Shown piece by piece: positions 20,301 to 29,805 of a stretch of 64,000 nt of DNA. This DNA is from Smithellaceae bacterium (GTDB lineage Bacteria > Desulfobacterota > Syntrophia > Syntrophales > Smithellaceae). Location of the stretch: contig CAXXVL010000002.1 in assembly GCA_963667845.2 (NCBI GenBank), forward strand, positions 2,592,001-2,656,000, written 5' to 3'. The notes beneath the pieces were generated by a model. That model was not told the DNA's origin, did not search any database, and was given only the letters and a program-made list of their open reading frames with translations. The position numbers and the translations under genes are program-made. Every line of letters begins with the position of its first letter. Position 1 is the stretch's first letter.

Positions 20301-20406
20301 GACAGTTGTGGTGGGGGGATTGATTACATCCACCCTGCTCACCCTGCTGATTATTCCGGCGGTTTATGGCTGGTTTGAAAAGCGAAAAGTTGCAGAGGAC
20401 ATGTAA
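17302..20406 (+). CDS. czcA: CzcA/CusA family heavy-metal RND permease (CzcA-like)
   Basis: LPIDAFPDVTN, SANLMSLGG, FSQPI, RLRPVLMTA, GSEIQKPLA. Confidence 0.92.
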   Translation: MLEKIIAYTLKQKGMVIFLSFLIIAAGVYSYFKLPIDAFPDVTNIQVEVISHADGLSAIEIERNVTYPIEMAMRGLPDIEQMRSVTKFGLSIVTIVFKDQVDIYFARQLVFERLAEARENVPKGVEVAMGPIGTAMGEIYQYTLEGKMPKDPQQKISYLTQLRTLEEWVVAPQLKSVAGVNEINSYGGYFKQYQVIVSPEKLVKHAVTVDAVYSAIGSNNQNVGGNILERNADEYIVRGVGLIRSIGDIENIVLKSERGTPTCIRDVAEVKIGEAVRMGAAMKNGQDEAVGGIVMMLRGENSRDVVRRVAQKVKEINENNMLPDGVRIIPYYDRSDIVNASVNTVTKALIEGAILVLVILYLLLRSFRGSFIVLIALPLSLFITFIVMKLVGLSANLMSLGGIAISIGMILDSTIIQVENVQRHYVERQKDQHPILTVLKAVVEVQKPSIFGVLIIAVTFLPIISMEGIEGKMFGPLAVTVAIALLASLFLSIFIVPVLCLLFLKPQAPKESIIMKYARKFYLPLLEYAMNKKTIVLSIAGLLLVISLFLFTRLGTEFIPTMDEGSFDMDVAMLPGVSLATAMDVNQRAAQKLKQFDELDIVVSRTGQTGVALDTRGTDKTGYVGIFKPRSDWKRSISKEELTNEMRKSLESIAGITFGFSQPIQCRIDELVAGTRAQLIVKLFGDDIDVLNDKSAEIAKVLSAIKGGTDLATEKVSGQPYLTINIDRSRMARYGLNISDVQSVIEIAVAGKSASQLYEENRSFDITVRLPEEKRNSLDAIKNILVTSKSGMNIPLEQLADVKMIEGPVQISRQDGIRRIGIEMNISGRDIGGFVAEAKQRIKEQVKLPAGYYLTWGGQFENQQRAMNRLMIIGPVAIGLILLLLYITFRSIRLSLLVISNLPFALIGGVFALFISGQYLSVPASVGFIVLFGVAVLNGLVLVSRISQLREDGLELPEAIRKGSLDRLRPVLMTASIAVFSLIPMLVAGGTGSEIQKPLATVVVGGLITSTLLTLLIIPAVYGWFEKRKVAEDM

Positions 20407-20626
20407 CTAACGATAGAAAACAATTCCCGCTCAATCTATGAGAAGGAATCCATGCAGGAACTTAAGGTCATCATCGGGCGGGCCATTTTGGATGTCGGCG
20501 GGCGATGATTTTAACCTTATTCCCCCGTCCATTCCGGAGCTCATTATTTATCCGGCCATTTTAATCGATCCGGCCCAATCGTGGTTTGAAGAACGCTTAA
20601 TCCGGCATGAGCAGAAAGGAATTGGG

Positions 20627-22762
20627 TCAGATGGCGGCGCGGCTGGTCGAGGAAACCCTTCTTTTGAGAATCGCCAGCGACCGGGTGGCTGCGGCCTTCA
20701 CTTTCTCGGGGTAGGTGCGCAGCTTGAGAAATGTCTTTGTCGATGCAATTTCCGAAAGCATGGCGATGGCATCCGGCGATCCGATGGTTCCCAGTGCCAT
20801 ACAAATTCTTTCTTCCAGAGTCGTTCTTGCCGCTGTGGTGATGAGCGGCCTGTTCTTAAGCAGGTCGATGAAAACCGGGACGGCGTCGACGGTTTTGCCC
20901 TGACCCAGGGCGTCTACAATGCTGGATTTAGAATTTTCATCGGCGAGAGATAATGCATCGAGCAGGATACGGCCCCTTTGACTGCCGCCGGTCCTGTAAA
21001 TGCTTTTAAGTGCCTCATGGCGCAGTTTGTCGTTTTCATGCGACAGGAGGGGTACAAGCGCCCGGGCGCTGTCTTCATTGCCGATTTGCCCCAGTAGATA
21101 AGCGACGTTTCTCAAGTAAAACCAGGGCGCCTCTTTAGAAATCCGTTTGACGATCAGGGGCAGGGCCTTTTCCCGCGCGGACCCGATCAGGTGTATGATT
21201 CGGACACGTTCGGCGCTGTCGGTTTTCGTCTTGAGTTCGTCGAGAAGATCTTCGACAGCTGTAGTGCCTAACGCCATAAAAAGCTGTCCGGTATCTTCCC
21301 GTATCTGATTTTCCGGCGAATCGATTTCATTAAGCAGGATGTCGATGTTGGCCGGAGAAGCCATCTCAGAGATTGCGTTTCGTGCAATTCCGATGATGGT
21401 TTCGTTTTTTTCGGTGTCGTCGGCAACGGTGCGGAAACCGACGGCATATTTCGCCGCTTCGGAAACCTGCCTTTGCGATAAGAGATCCTGAGCCGTCTTC
21501 TTCATTCCCGTCCAGAGTTTCTGATACTCTGGAGAAAAAACGGTCTCATATTTTATCCAGGCGATGAGCGGCAAAGAAAGTCTTTGAATGACTTCATTTT
21601 TTCGTTCGGCGGGGAGGTGCTCGATGATGTCGACCAGACTTCGGGCAGCGCTTAAACGGACGTCCGTGTTATCATTCAACAGATTAGCGGCCAGGCGTTC
21701 GAGGAGGTTGTCCATGACCTCCTGCTCTTTTTGAGCGACGAGCTGTTCGATGATCTTCGGCAGAACGGACATCAATTCCTCATTCAGCAGGGTCCGTGTA
21801 TCCTGCAGCCGGAGGCTGAATTTCTCGGCTACCTGCAGGAGTCTGCCTTTCGCACCGTTTTGCGTGTTGTCGGCTGATCCTTCATTTCCGGCTATGCCCA
21901 ATTTTTCGCGGGTCAGTTCGGTCATGAGGTACTGAAGAAGCAAACCGCCGAGCAGGGATTCCATGTGCTGCGTCGTCATTTGCTCGGTCATGACCGGGTC
22001 GGCCGCAAGCATCGCCTGACCGACGCGTTCGGAGAGGATGCTCCGGTTTTGGTCATCGAGTCCGACGGCAATCTTGTCGACGAGCGAGAGCATGCTGTTC
22101 AGGCTGTCCGAGAGTTGGACACCGGTCATCGTATCCTTTTGCGCCATGATTTTTGCCAAACCGGTTTTGAAGGCATCGGCCAGTGCCTCCGGGTTTGCGG
22201 CCATTTCCCTGAACTCGGGAGACGCCGGATCCATATCCGGATGGGCTATGGCAAAGAGGTTCGTGATCTGATCACCGGTGGCGTCGAGACCCGCCAGGAC
22301 TTGACGATCTTTGTCGATCGCCACGTAGACTTTCTGATCCAACAGAACGTGCACGACTTTCTGATTTGCGAGTTGCACGGCGAGGCCGCCGTCTGCCAGG
22401 ACGCTTTCCGCCCCCCGGGACAGAAGAACGACGAGGCGCTCCAGTTCGTCTCTTTCCAGTCCGCGGCAGAAGGTTAAGCTGCTGAGACCGAAGTTAAGCA
22501 GGACGTTGATGAGCGAAAGGGTGTGCGGTCTTTCCTGATCCTTTTGAGCGAGCGATTGGCCGTCGATGAGCAGGGCCTTTTCCGCTTCGGCAAAGACGAT
22601 CTGGTCGTCCTTGACGAGCAGGTCCGCCAGGGCTAAGTGAAGTTTTTCGATGGCTGTGGAAACGGATGCGCTGGCGATCGGATAAAGCCTCGCAATTTTA
22701 ACGGCAGTATTCAGCAGGGCAAGGGCATCAAGTGATCTGGCAAGGACGTCTTTATCCGCCAT
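20627..22762 (-). CDS. HEAT-repeat protein
   Basis: VRLSAARSL, WFYLRNVAYLLGQIG, ALGTIG repeats; start probably MADKD. Confidence 0.75.
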   Translation of the reverse strand: MADKDVLARSLDALALLNTAVKIARLYPIASASVSTAIEKLHLALADLLVKDDQIVFAEAEKALLIDGQSLAQKDQERPHTLSLINVLLNFGLSSLTFCRGLERDELERLVVLLSRGAESVLADGGLAVQLANQKVVHVLLDQKVYVAIDKDRQVLAGLDATGDQITNLFAIAHPDMDPASPEFREMAANPEALADAFKTGLAKIMAQKDTMTGVQLSDSLNSMLSLVDKIAVGLDDQNRSILSERVGQAMLAADPVMTEQMTTQHMESLLGGLLLQYLMTELTREKLGIAGNEGSADNTQNGAKGRLLQVAEKFSLRLQDTRTLLNEELMSVLPKIIEQLVAQKEQEVMDNLLERLAANLLNDNTDVRLSAARSLVDIIEHLPAERKNEVIQRLSLPLIAWIKYETVFSPEYQKLWTGMKKTAQDLLSQRQVSEAAKYAVGFRTVADDTEKNETIIGIARNAISEMASPANIDILLNEIDSPENQIREDTGQLFMALGTTAVEDLLDELKTKTDSAERVRIIHLIGSAREKALPLIVKRISKEAPWFYLRNVAYLLGQIGNEDSARALVPLLSHENDKLRHEALKSIYRTGGSQRGRILLDALSLADENSKSSIVDALGQGKTVDAVPVFIDLLKNRPLITTAARTTLEERICMALGTIGSPDAIAMLSEIASTKTFLKLRTYPEKVKAAATRSLAILKRRVSSTSRAAI

Positions 22763-22930
22763 CCATCTCCCCCGGCCTTCTCCGATCGTCATCGATTCCT
22801 GAAGGTTGACACCCCCGTCATCCGATCCTGAGAAGCCTCGTTAGTTTAAAGACATCATTATATTGAGGATTATCATAAGAGATGCGAAGATGAGAAGTCA
22901 AGGAGTTTATCGGCGCTCAAAAATAATTTC

Positions 22931-22960
22931 TTGACAAGTTGATATCCCTCGTTTATATAA
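22931..22960 (+). promoter_or_regulatory. Putative sigma70 promoter of the aro leader and operon
   Basis: TTGACA at 22931 followed 17-19 nt later by TATATAAA. Confidence 0.55.
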
Positions 22961-22989
22961 AACGGCAATTAAAAAGACGGGAATTTTCA

Positions 22990-23085
22990 ATGAACAGACA
23001 GATGAGTGCAAACAGTAATACTTTCGGCTTCTGGTTTTATTACTATTATGCATCGGTCTGCCTGTCGCGTTGGAGGACTTGGTAA
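22990..23085 (+). CDS. Aromatic amino acid attenuator leader peptide, 31 aa (MNRQMSANSNTFGFWFYYYYASVCLSRWRTW)
   Basis: 3 Phe, 4 Tyr and 3 Trp codons, with FGFWFYYYY clustered; lies between the promoter and the terminator preceding aroF; alternative ATG at 23002. Confidence 0.85.
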   Translation: MNRQMSANSNTFGFWFYYYYASVCLSRWRTW

Positions 23086-23149
23086 AGTAACAAAAACCAA
23101 AACAGCCATGGGTAGATCGAAAGCGAGTTGCCCATGGCTTTTCAGTTTT

Positions 23150-23184
23150 AAAAGGCCATGGCGGCAAAAGCCATGGCCTTTTTT
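23150..23184 (+). terminator. Attenuator terminator hairpin
   Basis: AAAAGGCCATGGC-loop-GCCATGGCCTTTTTT, 17 nt before the aroF ATG; competing hairpin at 23104-23139. Confidence 0.85.
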
Positions 23185-23201
23185 CATTGAAGGGGGAACC
23201 T

Positions 23202-24212
23202 ATGATTATTGTCATGAAGAGTCACGCAACAGATAAACAAATTGAGGATGTGATTCAATGGATTGAATCCGTTGGCTACAAGGCGCATCCCTCGAGCGGG
23301 GTGGAGCGCACCATTATCGGAGCGGTGGGCGACCAACGGGACAAAAATGTTCTGAGGTATGCGGAATCGCTGCCCGGGGTCGAAAAAACGATGCCGATCC
23401 TGAAGCCGTACAAGCTGGCCAGCCGCGAATCCCATGAGGGCGACACCGTGGTTAACGTCGGATCGATTGCCGTTGGCGGACCCGAGTTCGTCGTGATGGC
23501 TGGTCCCTGCGCCATTGAAAGTGAAGAGCAATTATTGGAGAGTGCTTATGTCGTAAAGAAAGGCGGCGGACAGATTTTGCGCGGCGGTGCTTTCAAACCG
23601 CGGACATCGCCATACAGCTTCCAGGGGATGGAAGAGGAAGGTCTCAAGGTCCTGGACCAGGTCAGTAAGAAGACCGGTCTGCCGACGGTGACGGAAGTCG
23701 TCAATCCGGCGGACGTTGATTTAGTGGAATCCTATGCCGACATGCTGCAAATCGGCGCGCGCAACGTCCAGAATTTTGCGCTTTTGAAAAAAGTCGGCCA
23801 GGCGCGCAAGCCTGTGCTGCTCAAACGCGGCATGATGACGACGATTGAAGAGCTCCTCATGTCGGCCGAATACATTTTGTCGTCCGGTAATCCCAACGTT
23901 ATTCTTTGCGAACGCGGCATCCGGACGTTCGAAACAGCCACCCGCAACACGCTGGACATCAGCGCCGTGCCGGTGCTCAAAGAGCTCACGCATCTGCCGG
24001 TGGTGGTTGATCCCAGCCATGCGGCCGGCAACTGGAAATATGTCATTCCGCTCGCCCGCGCCGCAGTGGCCGTGGGCGCGGACGGCATCATTGTGGAAGT
24101 GCATCCCCAGCCGGAAAAAGCGGTCTCCGACGGTGCTCAGTCTCTTAAACCGGAAAAATTCTATCAGCTGATGGACGACGTGCGGGCACTGGCCGGCGTT
24201 ATGCGCGCTTGA
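23202..24212 (+). CDS. aroF: DAHP synthase (type I-beta with N-terminal ACT-like domain)
   Basis: [39 protein letters not shown]. Confidence 0.95.
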   Translation: MIIVMKSHATDKQIEDVIQWIESVGYKAHPSSGVERTIIGAVGDQRDKNVLRYAESLPGVEKTMPILKPYKLASRESHEGDTVVNVGSIAVGGPEFVVMAGPCAIESEEQLLESAYVVKKGGGQILRGGAFKPRTSPYSFQGMEEEGLKVLDQVSKKTGLPTVTEVVNPADVDLVESYADMLQIGARNVQNFALLKKVGQARKPVLLKRGMMTTIEELLMSAEYILSSGNPNVILCERGIRTFETATRNTLDISAVPVLKELTHLPVVVDPSHAAGNWKYVIPLARAAVAVGADGIIVEVHPQPEKAVSDGAQSLKPEKFYQLMDDVRALAGVMRA

Positions 24213-24227
24213 AACGACGGAGCTTTT

Positions 24228-25322
24228 ATGAGAACACTGAAAGTCAATCTTGATAAAAAAACGATGTCGTCCCATGATATTCGTATCGGGAGGAATATTC
24301 TGGATCGGGTGGTCCTTTTGATTGCCAAAAACCACAAAGCGGCGCGCTACGTGATTGTGACCGACAGCAATGTGAATCCGATTTACGGACACAATCTGCA
24401 AGGTGCCATGACCGAGGCCGGTTTGAAGGCGGCCGTCCTGGAAATTCCTGCCGGAGAGACCTCCAAGACTATGTCCACGGTCATGGAGATTGCCGGCAGA
24501 CTCCTGGATCTCGGCGCCGATCGGGGAACGCTGCTTATTGCTCTGGGTGGCGGTGTCGTAGGCGACTTGACGGGCTTTATCGCGTCGGTGTATATGCGAT
24601 CCGTTCCCTACATTCAGATACCGACCACACTCATCGGTCAGGTGGACAGCGCCATCGGCGGAAAAACGGCGGTGGACCTGCCCTGGGGGAAGAATCTGCT
24701 GGGAACGTTTTACCAGCCGCGGGCGGTGTTTATCGATTTGGATTATCTCAAGACGCTGCCTCCGAAAGAATACAGTAACGGCCTGGCTGAAATCATCAAA
24801 TACGGCATGATCGAAGACGACAAGATGTTCAAGTTTCTGGAAGAGAACATGGAAGAGGTCAAAAACCGCGATGCCGGCCACCTGTTGAAGATCGTCGAAA
24901 CGTGCTGCCGCATCAAGAAGTCGATTGTGGAAATCGACGAACACGAACAGGGACTCAGGCGCATTCTCAATTTCGGCCATACGCTGGGGCATGCCCTGGA
25001 AGCCGTGTCGGACTATACGTTGTCGCACGGCGAAGGTGTGGCGTTGGGCATGATCGGTGCGGCCAAGCTCTCGGCGAAGATGCGCTATCTTCCGGACAAT
25101 GATCTGGCCCGTCTGGAGAAGGTTATTGCTGCGGCGGGACTGCCGACGCGGATCGGCGCCGGTCTGGCTTTGCAAACGGTTATCGAACGCCTGAAAATGG
25201 ATAAGAAAAAAAAGGATGATGTCGTCCATTTCGTTCTGGTCAAGAAAATAGGCCTGCCTTTTGTCAACGGCAGCATCAGCGATCCGATGATTGCCGAGGT
25301 TCTGGAGGAAATGAAAGCATGA
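24228..25322 (+). CDS. aroB: 3-dehydroquinate synthase
   Basis: LGGGVVGD, PTTL..VDSAIGGKT, LNFGHTLGHA. Confidence 0.96.
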   Translation: MRTLKVNLDKKTMSSHDIRIGRNILDRVVLLIAKNHKAARYVIVTDSNVNPIYGHNLQGAMTEAGLKAAVLEIPAGETSKTMSTVMEIAGRLLDLGADRGTLLIALGGGVVGDLTGFIASVYMRSVPYIQIPTTLIGQVDSAIGGKTAVDLPWGKNLLGTFYQPRAVFIDLDYLKTLPPKEYSNGLAEIIKYGMIEDDKMFKFLEENMEEVKNRDAGHLLKIVETCCRIKKSIVEIDEHEQGLRRILNFGHTLGHALEAVSDYTLSHGEGVALGMIGAAKLSAKMRYLPDNDLARLEKVIAAAGLPTRIGAGLALQTVIERLKMDKKKKDDVVHFVLVKKIGLPFVNGSISDPMIAEVLEEMKA

Positions 25323-26404
25323 AACTGTCTCTGGACAAATTGAGAGAGGACATGAGAAAAAAAGACCGCGAGATTATCAAGCTGCTCAACGATCGCTCCC
25401 GGATCTCCGTCGAAATCGGTCAGGTCAAGGGACAGACGGGACTGGAGGTATACAATCCGGCGCAGGAAGCACGCGTCCTGAATTATCTGCATGATCTCAA
25501 TGAGGGTCCGTTGTCGGACCGCCAGATAACGTCGATATACCGGGAGGTCATCTCCGCGTCGCGCGACCTGCAAAAACCCATGAACGTTGCCTATCTGGGA
25601 CCGGAGGCTTCTTTTTCGCATCAGGCCGCCCGATTGCACTTTGGTTCATCCAGCCGCTTCTGGCCGCAGCCGGGGATTGCCCGTGTTTTCGATGAAGTGG
25701 AGAAAGGCTCCGTGGAGTGGGGTGTCGTTCCCGTAGAAAATTCGCTGGAAGGATCGGTGAATGTTACGCTGGACCGGCTGGTGCTGACCCCCTTGAAAAT
25801 TCAGGCGGAGATGTATCTGCGCATCAGCCAGTGTCTGATTTCGCAGGCGAAAAGTTTGAAGGGCATTAAAAATGTTTATTCGCATCCGCAGGGGCTGGCC
25901 CAGTGTCAGGCCTGGCTGCGCGCCCATCTGCCCAATGCAGTTTTGGGAGAGATGGAAAGTACGGCGGCGGCCGTGCAGATGGTCCGGGGAAAGAAAGCCG
26001 CCGCGGCGATCGGGAGCGCTCTGGCGGCGTCCACCTACGGGATGAATATGCTGGCGGAGGGCATTGAAGACAATCCGTCCAACACGACCCGTTTTCTGGT
26101 GATCGGAGCTGGAGCAGGAGAAGGAGACGCCACAGGCAATGACAAGACGTCGATCATTTTTGCGACGCCGGATGTGCCGGGATCGCTGCATCGCGCGTTG
26201 GATGCCTTTGCGAAGCGCAAAATCAATCTGGCCAAAATCGAATCGCATCCTGTGAAGGGAAAAATGTGGGAGTATCTTTTCTTTGTCGACATGATCGGGC
26301 ATATTTATGACAGGCCCGTGAAGGATTCCCTGCGGGAACTGAAAGACAAGACCGTATTTATGAAAATACTGGGCTCTTATCCGCGGGCCAAGGACGGACT
26401 ATGA
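25319..26404 (+). CDS. pheA: Chorismate mutase / prephenate dehydratase
   Basis: N-terminal CM domain, YLGPEASFS, VPVENS, NTTRF, ACT domain IESHP. Confidence 0.95.
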   Translation: MKLSLDKLREDMRKKDREIIKLLNDRSRISVEIGQVKGQTGLEVYNPAQEARVLNYLHDLNEGPLSDRQITSIYREVISASRDLQKPMNVAYLGPEASFSHQAARLHFGSSSRFWPQPGIARVFDEVEKGSVEWGVVPVENSLEGSVNVTLDRLVLTPLKIQAEMYLRISQCLISQAKSLKGIKNVYSHPQGLAQCQAWLRAHLPNAVLGEMESTAAAVQMVRGKKAAAAIGSALAASTYGMNMLAEGIEDNPSNTTRFLVIGAGAGEGDATGNDKTSIIFATPDVPGSLHRALDAFAKRKINLAKIESHPVKGKMWEYLFFVDMIGHIYDRPVKDSLRELKDKTVFMKILGSYPRAKDGL

Positions 26405-27969
26405 TTTGCATACCTATTACGGACCGCTCACATCAGGAAGCGCTCCGTTCCATCGGCAGAAGCGTGCCGGTGGCGGACGCCATCGAGCTGCGCATGGATT
26501 TGATTGCCGATGCGAATCTGGCCCAGTTGATTGCCGCCGCCCGCGACGCCTCCGAGCGCATTAAAATTATTGTGACCTGCCGCAGGCCCGAGGAAGCCCT
26601 CCTGCCCGCAGACGGCGCGACTGCCCGACGGAAGTCTCCGTGCTCGGCAAAGGACAAGATTGAGTTGCTGAAACAAGCCATCGCGCATGGCGCGGATTTT
26701 ATTGATATCGAACTTGCCTGCGGGGAAAAGATGATTCGGCAACTGCAATCTTTTTGCAGGCGGCGCAAAAGTGCCACACGGTTGATCGTCTCCTGGCACG
26801 ATATCTCCGGGACGCCTTCACTTCCCAAATTGAAAGAAATCTTTCGAGCCTGCGTAGCAGCCGGCGCCGATGTTGTTAAGGTTGTTCCGTATGCCAGGAA
26901 TTTGACCGATAACTTGAAAGTGCTGAGCCTGATTGTTTACGCCGGGGAACAAAATCAGGAAATTATCGCCATGTGCATGGGCGAGCTGGGGCAAATCAGC
27001 CGGGCGATGGCGCCGCTTTGGGGAAGCTGCCTTAGCTTTGCCGTTTTACCCGGCGGAAAAAAATCAGCGCCCGGTCAGTTGACGGTGTATGCCATGAGAG
27101 AAATCCAGCATCTGCTGCAGCATCAGGAGCGATGTCCGCAGTCTTCGCTTTCGCCGCCGGGAGCTGCGAACTTTGTCCTTCTGGGGAATCCCGTCCGGCA
27201 AAGCCTCTCACCCCTCATGCACAACAAGGCGCTGGGGGCGATGCAGATCGATGGAAACTACAGCGCGTTTTGCGTGAGCGATCTGGCCGCGGCCGTGGCC
27301 GGAATCCGGGGCATGAATATCCGGGGGGCATCCGTCACGATTCCGTTTAAGACCGAGGTTATGGAATATCTCGATGAAATTGATGCGGATGCCGCCGCCC
27401 TCGGGGCGGTCAACACGATTGTCAATGACCGGGGAAGGCTTGCCGGTTACAACACGGATTGGCTGGGGTTGATGGAGGCGCTGGAAGACGGGATCGGCAT
27501 TGCGGGGAAAACATTTGTGATCATCGGCGCAGGCGGCACGGCGCGCGCGGCGGCCTATGGCATCCGGAAGAAAGGCGGCAGGCTTTCCATTGTCAACCGG
27601 ACACCGGAGACCGGAAAGGCGCTGGCCCGGGCGTTTGATTGCCCGTTTTATCCACTTTCGGCCATGGACAAAATCAAAGCGCAAGTTCTCATTAACACGA
27701 CGTCCGTCGGCATGTATCCGAATGTCCATCAATCGGCGGTTGCCGCATCTGTACTCTCCAATTACCGGGCGGTGGTGGATGTGATCTATAATCCCCTGAA
27801 GACGAAACTGCTCCGGGATGCCGAAGCGCAGGGCTGCCGGGTCGTGTCCGGTCTGGAGATGTTTGTGCGTCAGGGCGCCTCGCAGTTAAAATTATGGACG
27901 GGAAAAGATGCGCCGCTCGGGCTCATGAGGAAGACCGTCCGGGAAAGGTTGGAGCTGCTTGAAACATAA
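26401..27969 (+). CDS. aroDE: Fused type I 3-dehydroquinate dehydratase / shikimate dehydrogenase (AroD-AroE)
   Basis: ELRMD, IDIEL, VSWHD, APGQ (AroD); SLSPLMHN, SVTIPFK, GAVNT, NTDW, GAGGTARA (AroE). Confidence 0.92.
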   Translation: MICIPITDRSHQEALRSIGRSVPVADAIELRMDLIADANLAQLIAAARDASERIKIIVTCRRPEEALLPADGATARRKSPCSAKDKIELLKQAIAHGADFIDIELACGEKMIRQLQSFCRRRKSATRLIVSWHDISGTPSLPKLKEIFRACVAAGADVVKVVPYARNLTDNLKVLSLIVYAGEQNQEIIAMCMGELGQISRAMAPLWGSCLSFAVLPGGKKSAPGQLTVYAMREIQHLLQHQERCPQSSLSPPGAANFVLLGNPVRQSLSPLMHNKALGAMQIDGNYSAFCVSDLAAAVAGIRGMNIRGASVTIPFKTEVMEYLDEIDADAAALGAVNTIVNDRGRLAGYNTDWLGLMEALEDGIGIAGKTFVIIGAGGTARAAAYGIRKKGGRLSIVNRTPETGKALARAFDCPFYPLSAMDKIKAQVLINTTSVGMYPNVHQSAVAASVLSNYRAVVDVIYNPLKTKLLRDAEAQGCRVVSGLEMFVRQGASQLKLWTGKDAPLGLMRKTVRERLELLET

Positions 27970-29215
27970 TGTGAACACGCAAAGCGCAATCGCCGCAGTC
28001 GAGGTTCCCGGTTCCAAGAGTCTGACGCAGCGGGCTCTGATCGCCGCGGCGCTCGCCCACGGATCATCGCTGATCAGGCATGCGCTGGTGGCGGAAGACA
28101 CCGGTCACTTGATTGCCGGATTGAAAAAGCTGGGCGCGCGCATTGAACCCATTGAGAATGGTTTTTCCGTCATCGGAACCGGCGGCGTCATTGCCAATCA
28201 TGGCGGCGAGCTCTTTCTGGGAAACAACGGAACGGCGCTCCGGTTTCTGACGGCGCTGGTCTGCCTGGGACGGGGACGTTATGTGTTGACGGGTGAAAAG
28301 CGGCTATTGGAGCGGCCGGTAGGCGCCCTCGTTTCAGCCCTTCAGGAGATGGGGGTGGCGGTTTCCTGCCGCAGCCATTGTCCGCCGGTGGAGGTTACAG
28401 CCAACGGCCTCAAAGGCGGCCGGATTACCCTTACGGATATCGAAAGCTCACAGTATGTTTCGGCGTTGCTTCTGTGCGGACCGTATACCGCCAAGGGCAT
28501 TGAGTTGACTCTGGAAGGGAATATCGTTTCCACGCCCTACATCGATTTGACAATCGACGTGATGAAGGCCTTCGGGGCGAGAATTCTGCAAACCGGCGAT
28601 CGTCATTATATCGTCGGCACAGAGGCGATTTACACGGGCCGTGACTACTATGTAGAGGGGGATGCCTCCAGCGCCTCATACTTTTTTCTGGCTGCTGCGC
28701 TTATGAAGCGGCCGATTCGTGTTTACGGCGTCCGGAGAAAAAGCGCCCAGGGGGATATCCGACTGCTTACTATCCTGGAGTCACTCGGCTGCAATGTTAC
28801 AGAAGGTGAAACCTGGGTGGAAGTGTCGATGACAACGGATCTGGCTTCCGGCGACATGACGTTTGATCTGGGCGATATGCCGGATATGGTTCCGACGGTC
28901 GGTGTCCTCGCGGCTTTTCGCAAGGGGCGGACCATGATCACCAACGTCGCGCATTTAAGAATCAAGGAAAGCAATCGGCTGGCGGTGATGGCGGCCGAGC
29001 TCAACCGGATCGGCATTGGGGCGTCCGAACTGCCGGATGGCCTGATGGTTGAGGGAGGGAGTTCCCATTCCGGCGCTATCGAGACACATAATGACCACCG
29101 GATTGCCATGAGTTTTGCGATAGCGGGGTTGGTTACGCCCGGCATTGAGATTGCCGATAGAAAATGCGTGGATAAATCCTTTCCCGGTTTCTGGGCGGAG
29201 CTTAAGAAGCTATGA
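27959..29215 (+). CDS. aroA: EPSP synthase
   Basis: PGSKSLTQR, GNNGTALRF, SSQYVSALL, RIKESNR, DHRIAM; TTG start. Confidence 0.96.
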   Translation: MKHNVNTQSAIAAVEVPGSKSLTQRALIAAALAHGSSLIRHALVAEDTGHLIAGLKKLGARIEPIENGFSVIGTGGVIANHGGELFLGNNGTALRFLTALVCLGRGRYVLTGEKRLLERPVGALVSALQEMGVAVSCRSHCPPVEVTANGLKGGRITLTDIESSQYVSALLLCGPYTAKGIELTLEGNIVSTPYIDLTIDVMKAFGARILQTGDRHYIVGTEAIYTGRDYYVEGDASSASYFFLAAALMKRPIRVYGVRRKSAQGDIRLLTILESLGCNVTEGETWVEVSMTTDLASGDMTFDLGDMPDMVPTVGVLAAFRKGRTMITNVAHLRIKESNRLAVMAAELNRIGIGASELPDGLMVEGGSSHSGAIETHNDHRIAMSFAIAGLVTPGIEIADRKCVDKSFPGFWAELKKL

Positions 29216-29805
29216 AAGTCTTCCTCATCGGCTACCGGGCGGCGGGAAAAACAACCATCGGCGGCCTCTTATCGCGAAAGCTGAAGATTCCGTTTGCGGA
29301 TACGGATCAGCTGATCGAAACTGCAGCCGGTATGCCGATTAAAGAACTGGTGGCCCGCGAGGGGTGGGATGCCTTCCGGGAAAAAGAAACAGAAGCGATT
29401 GCCTCGCTTCGCGGCACGGGCCTTGGCGTTGTGGCCACCGGCGGCGGCGCCGTCTTGTCCGAGGCAAACCGGATCATGCTCAAAGAAATGGGATCGATGA
29501 TTTATTTGAAGACGCCGCCGGATCTGATTGTCGAACGTTTGAAACGTGATGCGCGGGGATCGGGTGTCCGGCCGCAATTTACGGCCGAAACTCTGGAAAC
29601 CGAAACGTTAGCCGCGCTGGCCCGGCGCATCCCAGTCTATGAATCAGTGGCGGATTTCACGGTGGACACAGCCGGCAAAGGTATTATACAGGTCAGCGAC
29701 GACATTTATCAGCTGCTGCTGGAAGCGGGCATTGTTGCTGATATCGACAAAATAAAAAAACAACTGAGACGGAAGAAAAGTGGCGGGGGCGGAAATGGCG
29801 GGTAA
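29212..29805 (+). CDS. aroK: Shikimate kinase
   Basis: GYRAAGKTT P-loop, GWDAFRE, VATGGG. Confidence 0.93.
   Translation: MKVFLIGYRAAGKTTIGGLLSRKLKIPFADTDQLIETAAGMPIKELVAREGWDAFREKETEAIASLRGTGLGVVATGGGAVLSEANRIMLKEMGSMIYLKTPPDLIVERLKRDARGSGVRPQFTAETLETETLAALARRIPVYESVADFTVDTAGKGIIQVSDDIYQLLLEAGIVADIDKIKKQLRRKKSGGGGNGG

Noticed and set aside
23006..23236. Alternative ORFs over the aro leader (23006+, 22907-, 22987-)
   Set aside because: No recognisable protein features; they run through the terminator hairpins, and the 22990 frame explains the region better
23721..25229. Long antisense ORFs (e.g. 502 aa here, 45613-47091, 16277-17299, 9241-10218)
   Set aside because: Shadow frames opposite well-supported genes, with no motifs of their own
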